Of a DNA stretch of 64,000 nucleotides, positions 19,582 to 29,497 are shown piece after piece. The stretch is from an uncultured Chloroflexia bacterium (GTDB lineage: Bacteria; Chloroflexota; Anaerolineae; CG2-30-64-16), in the NCBI GenBank assembly GCA_963810095.1, contig CAWEMM010000006.1, positions 992,001-1,056,000 of the forward strand. Direction: 5' to 3'. The notes beneath the pieces are model-generated. The model saw only the letters and a program-made list of their open reading frames with translations. It ran no database searches and was not told the DNA's origin. The stretch's first letter is position 1; every line of letters begins with the position of its first letter. Both the position numbers and the translations under genes were made by a program.

Positions 19582-20842
19582 CATGTACGGCGAGAAGCAG
19601 TCTGCCCGCAGGCAGGCTGCTTCTCGCCCCCTATCCGAAACGCAGTTCAAGCAAATTGCGTACGTCCTCGCGCCGCAATTCGGCGTCACCATCGCCCGGC
19701 GGGCCGATCCCGGGCTGGGCGAGGGGGCGGTGGGCCGGCGGCCGTTGGTGCTGCTCGACGACGCGGGCAACGTGCTCGCCGCGGATGCCCGGGCGGCCGC
19801 GGCCGGGGTCGCGCCGGGCCAGTCGGAGCGGCAGGCCGTGGCGCGCTGCCCGCTGGCGCTGCTGCAGCCGGCCGTCCACTACCCGATTGCCGAGGCGCAG
19901 GCCGAGCTGTCCGAGCGAGTGGCGCGCTACGGCGCGCGTTGGCAGCCGGCCGGATTGGGGGCCGTCTACCTCGACACGACCGGGCTGCCCGGCAACATGC
20001 TCGAATGGTGCCAGGACCTGGCGAACGAAGTGCGCCACTTGGGCGTGTCGCTGTCGATCGGCCTGACCAACGGCAAGTTCAGCGCCAGCGCGGCCGGCCA
20101 GGCCGCGCCCCCGGCCCATGCGCTGATCCTCGACAACATCACGCAGCCGGCCTTCCTCTCCCGCCAGGCCGCGGCCCTGCTGCCCCTCGAGCCGGACGCG
20201 CTGCTCCAGCTGCAGCACCTGGGCATTCGTACGCTCGGGCAGTACGCCCGGCTGCCGCCCGCGGCCGTGCTGACGCGCTGGGGGCAGGCCGGCCGCACCG
20301 CGCAGCGGTGGGCGCAGGGCTACGACGACCGGCCCGTCATCCCGCCGGCGGAACGGGCGGAAGTCGGGGGACACATCGAGTTCGATGGGGTCCTGTTGGA
20401 TCGCGACATCCTGCTGGCCGCGCTCGTCCGCAAGGCGGAGAAGCTGCTAGGCCCCCTGCGTGATCAGCTGCAAGCCATCGGCTGGCTCCAGGTGGCCATC
20501 ACCCGCGGCGACCGGCGCACGGTCGAGGTCAAGCACACCTTCCCCATGCCCACGGCCGCACCGAGCAGCGTCAAGCTGGCGCTGGACCGGGTGCTGGGGC
20601 GGGTGGAGTGGAACAAAGAAGGCGCCACGGATACCACGCTGACCCTGGGCGACATCACCGACGCGCCCAGCCAGCAGTTGAGCCTGTTCGATGCACCGAC
20701 CCCGCGCGAGACGCTGACCGCAACGCTGGAGCAGCTGGTCGCCCGCTACGGCCGCGACTCGTTTTGCATGGCGGTGCTGGCCGAGCCGGACCACCCGCTG
20801 CCCGAGCGGCGGGTGAGCTGGCAGGGATTTGGGACAATGTGA
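19571..20842 (+). CDS. imuB: ImuB-like inactive Y-family polymerase
   Basis: AAAAGVAPGQS..QA.ARCP, VYLD, LGIRTLGQ, clamp-binding motif QLSLF; no catalytic acidic motifs. Confidence 0.82.
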   Translation: MAYSMYGEKQSARRQAASRPLSETQFKQIAYVLAPQFGVTIARRADPGLGEGAVGRRPLVLLDDAGNVLAADARAAAAGVAPGQSERQAVARCPLALLQPAVHYPIAEAQAELSERVARYGARWQPAGLGAVYLDTTGLPGNMLEWCQDLANEVRHLGVSLSIGLTNGKFSASAAGQAAPPAHALILDNITQPAFLSRQAAALLPLEPDALLQLQHLGIRTLGQYARLPPAAVLTRWGQAGRTAQRWAQGYDDRPVIPPAERAEVGGHIEFDGVLLDRDILLAALVRKAEKLLGPLRDQLQAIGWLQVAITRGDRRTVEVKHTFPMPTAAPSSVKLALDRVLGRVEWNKEGATDTTLTLGDITDAPSQQLSLFDAPTPRETLTATLEQLVARYGRDSFCMAVLAEPDHPLPERRVSWQGFGTM

Positions 20843-21099
20843 CACGCCTTTGGCCGACCGGGGACCCGGTCCAGGTGACTATGACGGCTGACGGCGCGCC
20901 GGGCCAGTTCTTCTGGCACGGCCGCTGGCACGCGGTCGACGCGGTCGCCAACCGCTGGCGGGTGCGCTCGAGCTGGTGGCTGCCCGCGGCCGATGCGCAC
21001 CGTGAGTATTTCAAGCTGACGACGACGGACGGCCTGTTGTGCACGCTGTACCGGGACCTGCGCGACGATGCGTGGTACTGTATGCGGGTTTATGACTGA
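20839..21099 (+). CDS. Small DUF6504/ImuB-C-like protein of the mutagenesis cassette
   Basis: GTG start overlapping the imuB stop; PGQFFWHGRWH.V..WRV...WW...REYFKL...LYRD...W...VYD. Confidence 0.75.
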   Translation: MTRLWPTGDPVQVTMTADGAPGQFFWHGRWHAVDAVANRWRVRSSWWLPAADAHREYFKLTTTDGLLCTLYRDLRDDAWYCMRVYD

Positions 21100-24000
21100 G
21101 CCTTATGTCGAGCTGCACTGTCATTCGCACTATTCGCTCCTCGACGCGCCCTCTTCGCCCGAGGCGCTGCTCGATCGGGCGGCTGCCCTGGGCCTTTCCA
21201 GCCTCGCGCTGACCGACCACGACGGCTTGTACGGCGCGGTCGAGTTCTGGCGCGCGGCCCGCAAGCGCGGCATCCACCCTCTCATCGGCGCGGAGCTGAC
21301 CCTGGCGCACGGCTCGCACCTCACCCTTCTGGCCGAAAACCAGCGCGGCTACGGTAACCTCAGCCGGCTCATCAGCATCGGCCAACTGGCCGGCAGCAAG
21401 GGCAGCCCGCATCTCACCATCGAAGACGTGGCGCGGCACGCGGAGGGGCTCTTGTGCCTGACCGGCTGCAGCCGGGGTGCAGTCGCGGCTGCGGTGCTGG
21501 CAGACGATAAGAACGCCGGCGCACGTGCAGTCCGGGCGGCCGGCAAGCTGGCCGACATCTTCGGCCGAGGGCGGGTGTGGGTCGAGCTGCAGCGGCACTG
21601 GCTGCCCGACGACGGCCGGCTCAACGCGGGGCTGCTCGAGGTGGCGCAGGCCGCGGGCCTGCCCCTGGTCGCAACCAACGACGTCCACTATGCGGTGGTC
21701 GAGGAGCACCGCCTGCGCGACATCCTCCTGGCGACGCAGGACCTGTGCACACTGACCGAACTGGCCGCCCGGCCCGGCACGCACAACTCGACCGAGTTCT
21801 GCCTGAAGAGCGCGGGGGAGATGGGCGTCCTGTTTGCCGACCTGCCCGGGGCGCTCGCCGCCACGCAGGCCATCGCCGAGCGCTGCCAGGTGTCGCTCGA
21901 CTTCTCCGGCCGCCGCACGCCCGCCTTCCCCCGCCAGGCGCCCGATTTCCCGGCCGGGATTCCCCCCAGCGAAACGGCTTTCAGCTACCTGTACGGGCTA
22001 TCCCACCAGGGGCTGCGCGACCACTTCCGGCCCGTCACCCCCCAAGCGGTGCGCCAGCTGGCCCACGAACTGAACGTGATCGAGGCGGTGGGGCTGGCCG
22101 ACTATTTCCTGATTGTCTGGGACATCGTGCGGCACGCCCGGGAAGAAGGCATCCGCTGCCAGGGCCGGGGCTCGGCTGCGAATTCGCTGGTCGCCTACGT
22201 GCTGGGCATCACGCCGGTCGACCCCCTGCGCCACAACCTCCTGTTCGAGCGCTTCCTCAGCGACCGCACCGACACCATGCCCGACATCGATATCGACTTC
22301 GGGTCGGACCGCCGGGACGAGGTGATCCGCTACGTCTACGAGCGCTATGGGACCGAGCATGCGGCGATGGTGTGCAACGTGGTCACGTACCAATGGCGGC
22401 TGGCGGTGCGCGACGTGGCGCGGGCGCTGGGTTTTTCGCCCGAGGACGTGAACCGGGTGGCCGCGGCGCTGCACGAGCGGTCGGATGTGCCGCTGTACGA
22501 TACGTCCGTCGCACTTACTCCCGAGCGGGCGAATGCATTGATGCATGACGACACCAAGTGGCACGCTAACCCCCTGATCGTTGGAAGCATCCTGAGCGGA
22601 ACACCTTGCCGCAGGAAGGTGTAAAGTCGAAGGATGCTCCTCGAGACCATCTCGACGAGCAGGCCGTGGCGGTGGTGGCCGAACTGGCCGGGCGGCTCAT
22701 CGACACCCCCCGCCATCTGTCGGTTCACTCTGGCGGCCTCCTGATCACCGCGCAGCCCCTGGTCGAGGTGGTGCCGCTGGAGCGGGCGACCAAAGCGGGC
22801 ATCGTCGTCACGCAGTGGAACAAGGACTCGGTCGAGGACGCGGGGCTGATCAAGATCGACCTGCTGTGCCTGCGCACGCTGGACCTGGTGAGCGAGGCGG
22901 AAGAGCTGATCACCCGTCGCACCGGGCAGAAGCCGCCGCTCGACGCGCTGACGCTGGACGACCCGGCGGTCTATCGCGCGCTCTCCGAAGGCGACACCAT
23001 CGGCGCGTTCCAGGTGGAAAGCCGGGCGCAGGCGCAGATGCTGCCCCGGCTCAAGCCCCGGCGCTTCGAAGACATCGTGATCCAGGTAGCCATCATCCGG
23101 CCCGGCCCCATCCAGGGCGGCATGATCCACCCCTACCTGCGCCGGCGCCGGGGCGAGGAACGGCCCACCTACCTGCACCCCAAGCTCGAACCCATTTTGA
23201 GTGAGACGCTCGGCGTGATCCTGTTCCAGGAGCAGGTGATCCGGGTGGCGATGGCGTTGGCGGGGTTCACGCCCGGCGAGGCGGACCTGCTGCGCCGGGC
23301 CATGAGCCGGGCGCGCTCGGCCCGGGCCATGGCCGAGCTGCGGGACCGGTTCATTGCGGGCGCGGAGGCGAACGGTGTGGCACGCACGGTGGCCGAGGAA
23401 GCGTTCAAGCAGCTTCAAGGCTTCGCCACGTACGGCTTCTGTAAGTCGCATGCGGCTGCGTTCGCGCTGGTGGCATACCAGACGCTGTGGCTGAAGCTCT
23501 ATTACCCGGCCGAGTTCTACTGCGCGCTGCTGAATCACCAGCCGATGGGATTCTACTCGCCCGAGGTGGTGGTGGGCGATGCGGAGCGCCACGGGGTGCG
23601 GGTGCTGCGGCCGGATGTAAACTTGAGCCTGGACGAATGCACTGTGCCTCCGCAGGCCAAAGAAATCCGTCTCGGCCTGCGCTACCTGCACGGCTTGGGC
23701 GAGGCGGGCAGCGAGCGGCTGCTGGCGGCACGGGATGACGGCTCCAAGTCCTTTGCCGGCCTGGTCGATTTCTGCCGCCGGACCCGGCTCCCGCGCACCC
23801 TCATTGCCGACCTGGTGCGTGCGGGTGCGCTCGACACCCTTTCGACCGACCGGCGGGGCCTGCTGTGGACACTGGGCGGGCTGCAGTACGAGGAAGAGGC
23901 CCTGATGGAAGCCCCCGACGAGGCGGCCGAGCTGCCCGCGCTGGGGGAACGCGAGGCGCTGGCGTGGGATTACGAGCTGCTGGGGCTGTCGCCGGGCGAC

Positions 24001-24327
24001 CACCCGATGCGGATGCTGCGCGCAAAGCTCAAGGCGAAGGGCGTGCTTTCCGCGGCCGACCTGGCGCGCCAACCCGCGGGGCGCATCGTGGCCATCGCGG
24101 GCCTGGTCGTCGTGCGCCAGGCGCCACCCACGGCAAAGGGACACCTGTTTATCACGCTGGAGGACGAGACGGGGCTGGCAAACCTGATCATCCGGCCCGA
24201 CCTGTATGAGAAGCGCCGCGAGCTGCTCCATGCTGCGACGTTCCTGGCCGTCAAGGGGCTGATGCAGCGGGATGGGACGTCGACGAGCGTGCTGGTGCGA
24301 GAGGTCCGGGAAATGGAGCGGGATTAA
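21092..24327 (+). CDS. dnaE2: Error-prone DNA polymerase III alpha subunit (one frameshift at ~22610)
   Basis: YVELHCHSHYSLLD, LALTDHDG, GRGSAANS, PDIDIDF, PRHLSVHSGG, KIDLL, FQVESRAQ, YGFCKSHA, PMGFYSP, FITLEDETG. Confidence 0.9.
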
Positions 24328-24438
24328 AAACACCGCAAGCCTTAGTTGGCAGACCAAGGCTTGCGGCAGAAGCAGGGTGTTGCTGGATTCGTCTTTATTG
24401 ATGCTGCCCCGCCCGGCGGAGCAGCATCATTGGGCTGT

Positions 24439-26694
24439 TTATTGGGCCGGGCGAGCGCCGAGCGTGACGGGCACGTCCTGGCGCTGGCCGCCGCGCAGCA
24501 CCGTCAAGGTCAGGGTATCGCCCACCTTCTTGGCCTGCACCGTGCTGACCAGTTCTTCCATCGTCGTGATGTTCTTGCCATCCGCTGCGACGATGATATC
24601 CGCATTCACCAACTGGTTCAGGTTCTGGCCGCCCTGGCCGAGATTAAGCCCGGCGCCCTTGATGCCGGCCTTCTCGGCCGGGCTGCCCGGCACGACGTTC
24701 ATCACGAGCACGCCGGTCTGGTTGCCGAGGCCCGCCATCTGGGCCATCTGCGCCGACACCGTCAGGCCGCTCACGCCGAGCCACGGGCCACCCACTGCCG
24801 GGGTGGTCGCGCCGCTGGACGAGCCGGCGTTGGGCGTGGTCTGGGTCTCAGGAGTCGCCTGAGTTTCCGGCGTGGCCTGAGTCTCCGGCGTCGCCGGCGT
24901 CGTCGAGCCGCCCTGGCCGCCCGCAGCACCGCCGCGGGTCGCCAGCGTCGCGTTCACGCTCTGTTCCTGCCCGTTGCGCAGGATCGTCAGGGCGAGCACG
25001 TCGCCGGCCTTTTTCGCCTGCACCGCTGCCACCAACTCCTCCACGGTGGTGATGGCCTTGCCATCGACCGCGGTGATGACGTCGCCGCCGATCATCAGTT
25101 GCTGACCGTTGACGTCGGTCGACTGGGTGCTGCCCTTGAGGCCCGCATTTTCAGCCGGGCTGCCAGGCACCACGTTGACAACCAACGCGCCTTGCTTGTT
25201 GCCCAGGTTCATCGCCTGCGCGATTTCCGGGGTCACGGTCATGCCCGTCACGCCGAGGTACACGCCGCCCGCACGCGGTGCGGTCTGGCCCTGGCCCTGT
25301 TGACCCTGGCCCTGTTGGCCTTGACCCTGCTGGCCCTGGCCCTGTTGGTTCTGAGCGGTCTCAGGGGCTTGCGCCGGCCGGGCCGCCAGGGTGACGGTGA
25401 CGCTCTGGACCTGGCCGTTGCGCAGGACCGTCAGGTTGACCTGGTCGCCGACCTTGGCCGTGCGGGCCAGGAACGTCGTGAGGTCTTCGAAATCGCGAAT
25501 CTGCTGGCCGTTGACGGCCGTGATCACGTCGCCGCCGATCTGGGCATCCAGGCCGTCGATCTGCGTGGTTTTGGTGCTGCCCTTCAGGCCGGCCTTCTCG
25601 GCCGGGCTGCCTGCGGTCACATCGACCACCAGGGCGCCGCGGGTCGTGGCGGGCAGGCCCATCGCCTCGGCCACCTGCGAGGTGAGCGTGCCGCCGCGGA
25701 TACCGACGTAAGGATGCTCGAACTTGCCCGACGCGATCAGCGCGGGAACGACCTTCTGGACGATCACGGAAGGAACCGCGAAGCCAATGCCTGCCGAAGC
25801 GCCCGACTGCGACTCAATAGCCGTCGGGATGCCGACGAGCCGGCCGTTCATATCGACGAGCACGCCGCCCGAGTTGCCGGGGTTGACCGGGGCATCGGTC
25901 TGGATGATGTCAGGGATCGTATAGGAACCGGTCTGCGAGAAGGTGTTGCCCACGGGCAGCGAGCGGCCCAGCGCGCTCACGATGCCGAAGGTCATGGTGC
26001 CTTCCAGGCCGTACGGGTTGCCGATGGCCACGACGAACTGGCCGGGCTTCACCTGCGTGGAGTCGGCCACGGTCACAGGGCGCAGATTCTCGACCTTGCT
26101 CGGGTCGATCTTGATGACGGCAACTTCGCTCTCAGGATCGCGGCCGACCAGCGTCGCGGGCAGCGTCAGACCGTCGGAGAAGGTCACCGAGATGCGGTTC
26201 GCGCCGTCGACGACATGGTTGTTGGTGATGATGTTGCCCTTGGTGTCCCAGACGAAACCGGAACCAAGCGCAGCCGCCTCAAACGCACCGCCGTTGCCGT
26301 TACCGTTACCCTGATCGCCAAAAGGCGAGCCCGGCAGGTTGGGCATCTGGCCCAGGTCGGGCAAGGCGTTCTGGCCGCCGGTGGCGCTCATCGTGACGTT
26401 GATGTTCACGACCGAGGGCGAAACCGCCGAGTACAGGTTTGACAGAACGTTCTGCAAATCGGTAATGCTCGCCGGGAGGTTGCCCGGGAGGGGCGCAGCT
26501 TGCTGCGTATTGGTCGTAGCAGGCTGCTGGTCCGACCCCTGGGTTGTCGGAGCGACGGGCGTGGCCTGCGCTTGCGCGACAGGAGCCGCGCCCCGGCTGA
26601 GACTGGCAAGGCCTGAGACGGCCGCAGGCACCGCCGCGCAGCCGCTGAGGCTCAGCACGACGAGGACCGAGATCACCAAGAAGAGTTTGCGCAT
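24439..26694 (-). CDS. HtrA/DegP-like lipoprotein serine protease with three PDZ domains
   Basis: Lipobox LSGC; GSGFV, TNNHVV, AIGNPYG, IQTDAPVNPGNSGG; three repeats of xLG..GSPAEKAG..D.I.A.DG..VTL. Confidence 0.9.
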   Translation of the reverse strand: MRKLFLVISVLVVLSLSGCAAVPAAVSGLASLSRGAAPVAQAQATPVAPTTQGSDQQPATTNTQQAAPLPGNLPASITDLQNVLSNLYSAVSPSVVNINVTMSATGGQNALPDLGQMPNLPGSPFGDQGNGNGNGGAFEAAALGSGFVWDTKGNIITNNHVVDGANRISVTFSDGLTLPATLVGRDPESEVAVIKIDPSKVENLRPVTVADSTQVKPGQFVVAIGNPYGLEGTMTFGIVSALGRSLPVGNTFSQTGSYTIPDIIQTDAPVNPGNSGGVLVDMNGRLVGIPTAIESQSGASAGIGFAVPSVIVQKVVPALIASGKFEHPYVGIRGGTLTSQVAEAMGLPATTRGALVVDVTAGSPAEKAGLKGSTKTTQIDGLDAQIGGDVITAVNGQQIRDFEDLTTFLARTAKVGDQVNLTVLRNGQVQSVTVTLAARPAQAPETAQNQQGQGQQGQGQQGQGQQGQGQTAPRAGGVYLGVTGMTVTPEIAQAMNLGNKQGALVVNVVPGSPAENAGLKGSTQSTDVNGQQLMIGGDVITAVDGKAITTVEELVAAVQAKKAGDVLALTILRNGQEQSVNATLATRGGAAGGQGGSTTPATPETQATPETQATPETQTTPNAGSSSGATTPAVGGPWLGVSGLTVSAQMAQMAGLGNQTGVLVMNVVPGSPAEKAGIKGAGLNLGQGGQNLNQLVNADIIVAADGKNITTMEELVSTVQAKKVGDTLTLTVLRGGQRQDVPVTLGARPAQ
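24833..24900 (-). repeat. Coding tandem repeat (TPETQA) x3 in a PDZ linker
   Basis: 18-nt period, visible in the translation. Confidence 0.7.
25285..25347 (-). repeat. Coding tandem repeat (QQGQG) x4 in a PDZ linker
   Basis: 15-nt period, visible in the translation. Confidence 0.7.
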
Positions 26695-27004
26695 GTTTCC
26701 TCCATTGATTCGCTACACACGATTAAGTCATCTCTCTGGCGGCGCCGGTTGTAGGGGTCACCCACCATCGCCACCGCTATAGAAACGCGATCCGCCATTC
26801 AAATGGCAGATAAAGACCCTAGACGGACCTGGCCATCCATTTGTGCCAAGTATAGGCCGGCGGCAGCCCAAGTGCTTTAACAGGTGGTAAGACGGGGGTA
26901 AGGGTTTGATTAATGATGCGCAAACTGGTGCGAGGGGGTGCAAGTGCTAGAATAGCGGCGGAGGTTGGGGGATCGTCGAGCTCCTGATGAAATGGCCCCT
27001 TAAC

Positions 27005-27085
27005 GCGCGAGCACCAGGGCTGCCCTTACCCTGGTGCTCATCAAAAGGAGGAGAAGGAGAGAAATCTGTTTGCATCTCTCGATAC
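27005..27085 (-). ncRNA. Candidate small RNA: hairpin, anti-SD-like C/U tract, hairpin
   Basis: Minus strand GAGAGA..TCTCTC, CTTCTCCTCCTTTT, then an 11-bp stem GAGCACCAGGG/CCCTGGTGCTC, inside a 500-bp intergenic region. Confidence 0.35.
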
Positions 27086-27198
27086 GTATACTACTACAGG
27101 CCACCCGGAACTACTGGACGTTTTCCCCATGTAAAGGATACTTCTTTTTGACGCTATTACTACGCTAACTATACGCAAACCCTACGGAGAGGAACTCG

Positions 27199-27651
27199 AT
27201 GAGCGCAAGTGACGCACAAATTCCTGAAGTGTCTGAGCTGAACCCAGGAGATTATGACGAGGTGCTGGCCCTATGGGCACGGGCGGGGCTGCGAGCGCGA
27301 CCGGAAGGCCGCGATGCCCCCGCTGCTTTCCAACGCCAGGTCGAAGGCGGCCTGCAGCGCGCCATCGGCATCCGCGAGAATGGGGTGTTGGTGGCGGTGG
27401 CCGTGCTCACGCACGACGGCCGCAAGGGGTGGATCAACCGGCTGGCGGTCGATCCGGAATACCGGCGCCGGGGTTACGCCTCGGCCATCGTCGAGGAGGC
27501 CGAGCGTTGGTTCCGCGACGAGGTCGGCGTGGAGGTGTACTCGGCCCTGATCCATTCCCACAACGACCCCTCCCGCTCGCTGTTTGCCGAACTCGGCTAC
27601 GAGACGGTCGACGTGGTCTACGTGCGCAAGTTGGTGCGGCCGGACGCGTAA
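27199..27651 (+). CDS. GNAT-family N-acetyltransferase
   Basis: HDGRKGWINRLAVDPEYRRRGYA, N..S..LF..LGY; AGGA RBS. Confidence 0.9.
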   Translation: MSASDAQIPEVSELNPGDYDEVLALWARAGLRARPEGRDAPAAFQRQVEGGLQRAIGIRENGVLVAVAVLTHDGRKGWINRLAVDPEYRRRGYASAIVEEAERWFRDEVGVEVYSALIHSHNDPSRSLFAELGYETVDVVYVRKLVRPDA

Positions 27652-27771
27652 GGGCACGCTTGAAGGTGGGCCCCGCGTCCCATCGCATTCATCCGCAACT
27701 CTAGGGACCAGGCTGCGTAGAGTATGGTGAACCGGGCGAGCAAGCTGGCCCGTGAAGTAGAGGAGACAATC

Positions 27772-27969
27772 ATGGAAACCAAGAAACTTTATCGCAGCAA
27801 CACGGACAAGATGGTTGCGGGTGTGTGTGGGGGCCTGGGCCAGTATTTCGGCGTCGATCCCACCCTGATTCGCCTGATCTTTGCGCTGCTGGTCGTCTTC
27901 GGCGTCGGCTCCGGGATTTTGCTGTACATCATCCTGGCGATCGTGATGCCGTTGGAACCGCTTTCGTAG
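27772..27969 (+). CDS. pspC: PspC-domain protein
   Basis: KKLYRSNTDKMVAGVCGGLGQYFGVDPTLIRL...YIILAIVMP; GAGGAG RBS. Confidence 0.92.
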   Translation: METKKLYRSNTDKMVAGVCGGLGQYFGVDPTLIRLIFALLVVFGVGSGILLYIILAIVMPLEPLS

Positions 27970-28054
27970 AGGCGACCGCGTTCGTACTTCGCCGATACGG
28001 GGTGGTGCGGGCGATCTGGAGATCGCCCGCACCGATAATTAGGGGGAGGGACCT

Positions 28055-28585
28055 ATGACTTCTTCTCAACGTTCTGCACTTACGGGCGGCCTCGTCTTGA
28101 TCTTGCTGGGTGTCCTGTTTCTCGCCGGCCAACTGCTGCCTAATGTCTGGTCGTGGGTGACCGGCGCCAGCTGGCCTCTGGTCGTTGTCGGCGTCGGCGT
28201 CGCGCTGTTGATTATTGGCGTGCTGGCAAATGCGCCCGGTATGGCCGTGCCCGCGTGCATCGTCGGCGGGATCGGGCTGCTCCTCTACTGGCAGAACAGC
28301 ACCGGCAACTGGGAGAGCTGGGCGTACGCCTGGGCGCTGATCCCCGGTTTCGTCGGCGTCGGCACCGTCACCATGGGCCTGTGGGAGGGCAAATGGGCCA
28401 CGGTGCGCGGCGGGCTGTGGCTGATGCTCATCAGCGCGATCATGTTCGTCGTGTTCGGCTCGCTGCTCGGCGGCCTGTTCGGGGGCAACCTGGCGATCGT
28501 CGGACAGTGGTGGCCGGTCGGGCTGATCCTGCTGGGGGTGCTCAGCCTCGTCGATTACGCAACTCGGCGCCGCACCGCGGCGTGA
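28055..28585 (+). CDS. LiaF/LiaI-like (DUF5668-type) membrane protein
   Basis: Repeated GLVLILLGVLFL..WP...G hydrophobic hairpins. Confidence 0.75.
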   Translation: MTSSQRSALTGGLVLILLGVLFLAGQLLPNVWSWVTGASWPLVVVGVGVALLIIGVLANAPGMAVPACIVGGIGLLLYWQNSTGNWESWAYAWALIPGFVGVGTVTMGLWEGKWATVRGGLWLMLISAIMFVVFGSLLGGLFGGNLAIVGQWWPVGLILLGVLSLVDYATRRRTAA

Positions 28586-28597
28586 GCGGAGGTCCTC

Positions 28598-29398
28598 ATG
28601 CGCAATACGTCGGTTTTCTGGGCGGTTGTCCTGATCCTGGTGGGCCTGCTGTTCCTGCTGAATAACTTCGGCCTGCTGCCCAACTTTGGCTTCAGCATCT
28701 GGAACCTGGTCTGGCCGATCTTCCTCATTGCGCTCGGCGTCTGGTTCGTGTCGCGCACCTTCGTGCGGCCTGCGCCTGCCGAGATGGAACCGGGGAGCAT
28801 TCCGCTCGAGGGCGCAAGCCAGGCCGAAATCGAGCTGGCGCACGGGGCAGGCGAGCTGCGGGTGTCAGGAGGCGCCGGGGCCGGCGTGCTGGCCGAGGGC
28901 GTGTTCGGCGGCGGGCTGCGCTACGAGGCGAAGCACAAGGGCGATCTCCTGGACGTCGAAATGAAAATGCGCGTCGAGCCGGTGACGTTCCTCAACTGGG
29001 CGCCGGGCGGCTATGACTGGGATGTGCGGCTCAATCCGGACGTGCCCATCGAGTTGAAATGCGCGACGGGCGCGAGCCACAGCGTGCTGGACCTGCGCGA
29101 CCTGAGGGTGACCGGCTTGAAGCTGGAAACGGGCGCCAGCGCGACCGAAGTGACCTTGCCCGCGAACGCCGGACTGACCCGTGTGAAGGTGCAGGCCGGC
29201 GCCGCACGGGTGGACCTGCGCGTTCCCGGTGGGGTGGCGGCCCGCATCAAGACAAGCGGCGCGCTGGCGTCGATGGCCGTGGATGAGACGCGGTTTCCGG
29301 GGTTCGATAATCGTTACCAGTCGCCCGATTTCGACAGCGCGGCGAACCGGGTCGAGATCGAAGTGGAGACGGGCGTGGGGGCGGTGACGGTGAGTTGA
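28598..29398 (+). CDS. LiaF-TM plus toast-rack (LiaG/DUF4097-like) protein
   Basis: N-terminal FWAVVLILVGLLFLL..WP; beta-repeat units GAGELRV, TGAS..LDL, GVGAVTV. Confidence 0.75.
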   Translation: MRNTSVFWAVVLILVGLLFLLNNFGLLPNFGFSIWNLVWPIFLIALGVWFVSRTFVRPAPAEMEPGSIPLEGASQAEIELAHGAGELRVSGGAGAGVLAEGVFGGGLRYEAKHKGDLLDVEMKMRVEPVTFLNWAPGGYDWDVRLNPDVPIELKCATGASHSVLDLRDLRVTGLKLETGASATEVTLPANAGLTRVKVQAGAARVDLRVPGGVAARIKTSGALASMAVDETRFPGFDNRYQSPDFDSAANRVEIEVETGVGAVTVS

Positions 29399-29428
29399 GC
29401 CGGTCGCGTTATCAACTAATAAACGCGT

Positions 29429-29488
29429 AAGAACCGAAGGTCCACGAAGAAGCTTTGTGGACCTTCGGTTCTTTGTTTCCTCGTGGTT
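29429..29488. repeat. Inverted repeat between convergent genes (9-nt-period type)
   Basis: 17-bp perfect arms AAGAACCGAAGGTCCAC / GTGGACCTTCGGTTCTT. Confidence 0.6.
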
Positions 29489-29497
29489 GGAGGGTTC

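Noticed and set aside
22480-22655. Intein or group II intron in dnaE2
   Set aside because: There are no C/S...HN splice motifs or GTGCG...AY ends, and the segment is too short.
24346-26442. 698-aa plus-strand ORF and other long antisense ORFs (e.g. 22345..24357, 42953..44878, 58621..60165)
   Set aside because: These are shadow frames of real high-GC genes on the opposite strand and have no recognisable motifs.
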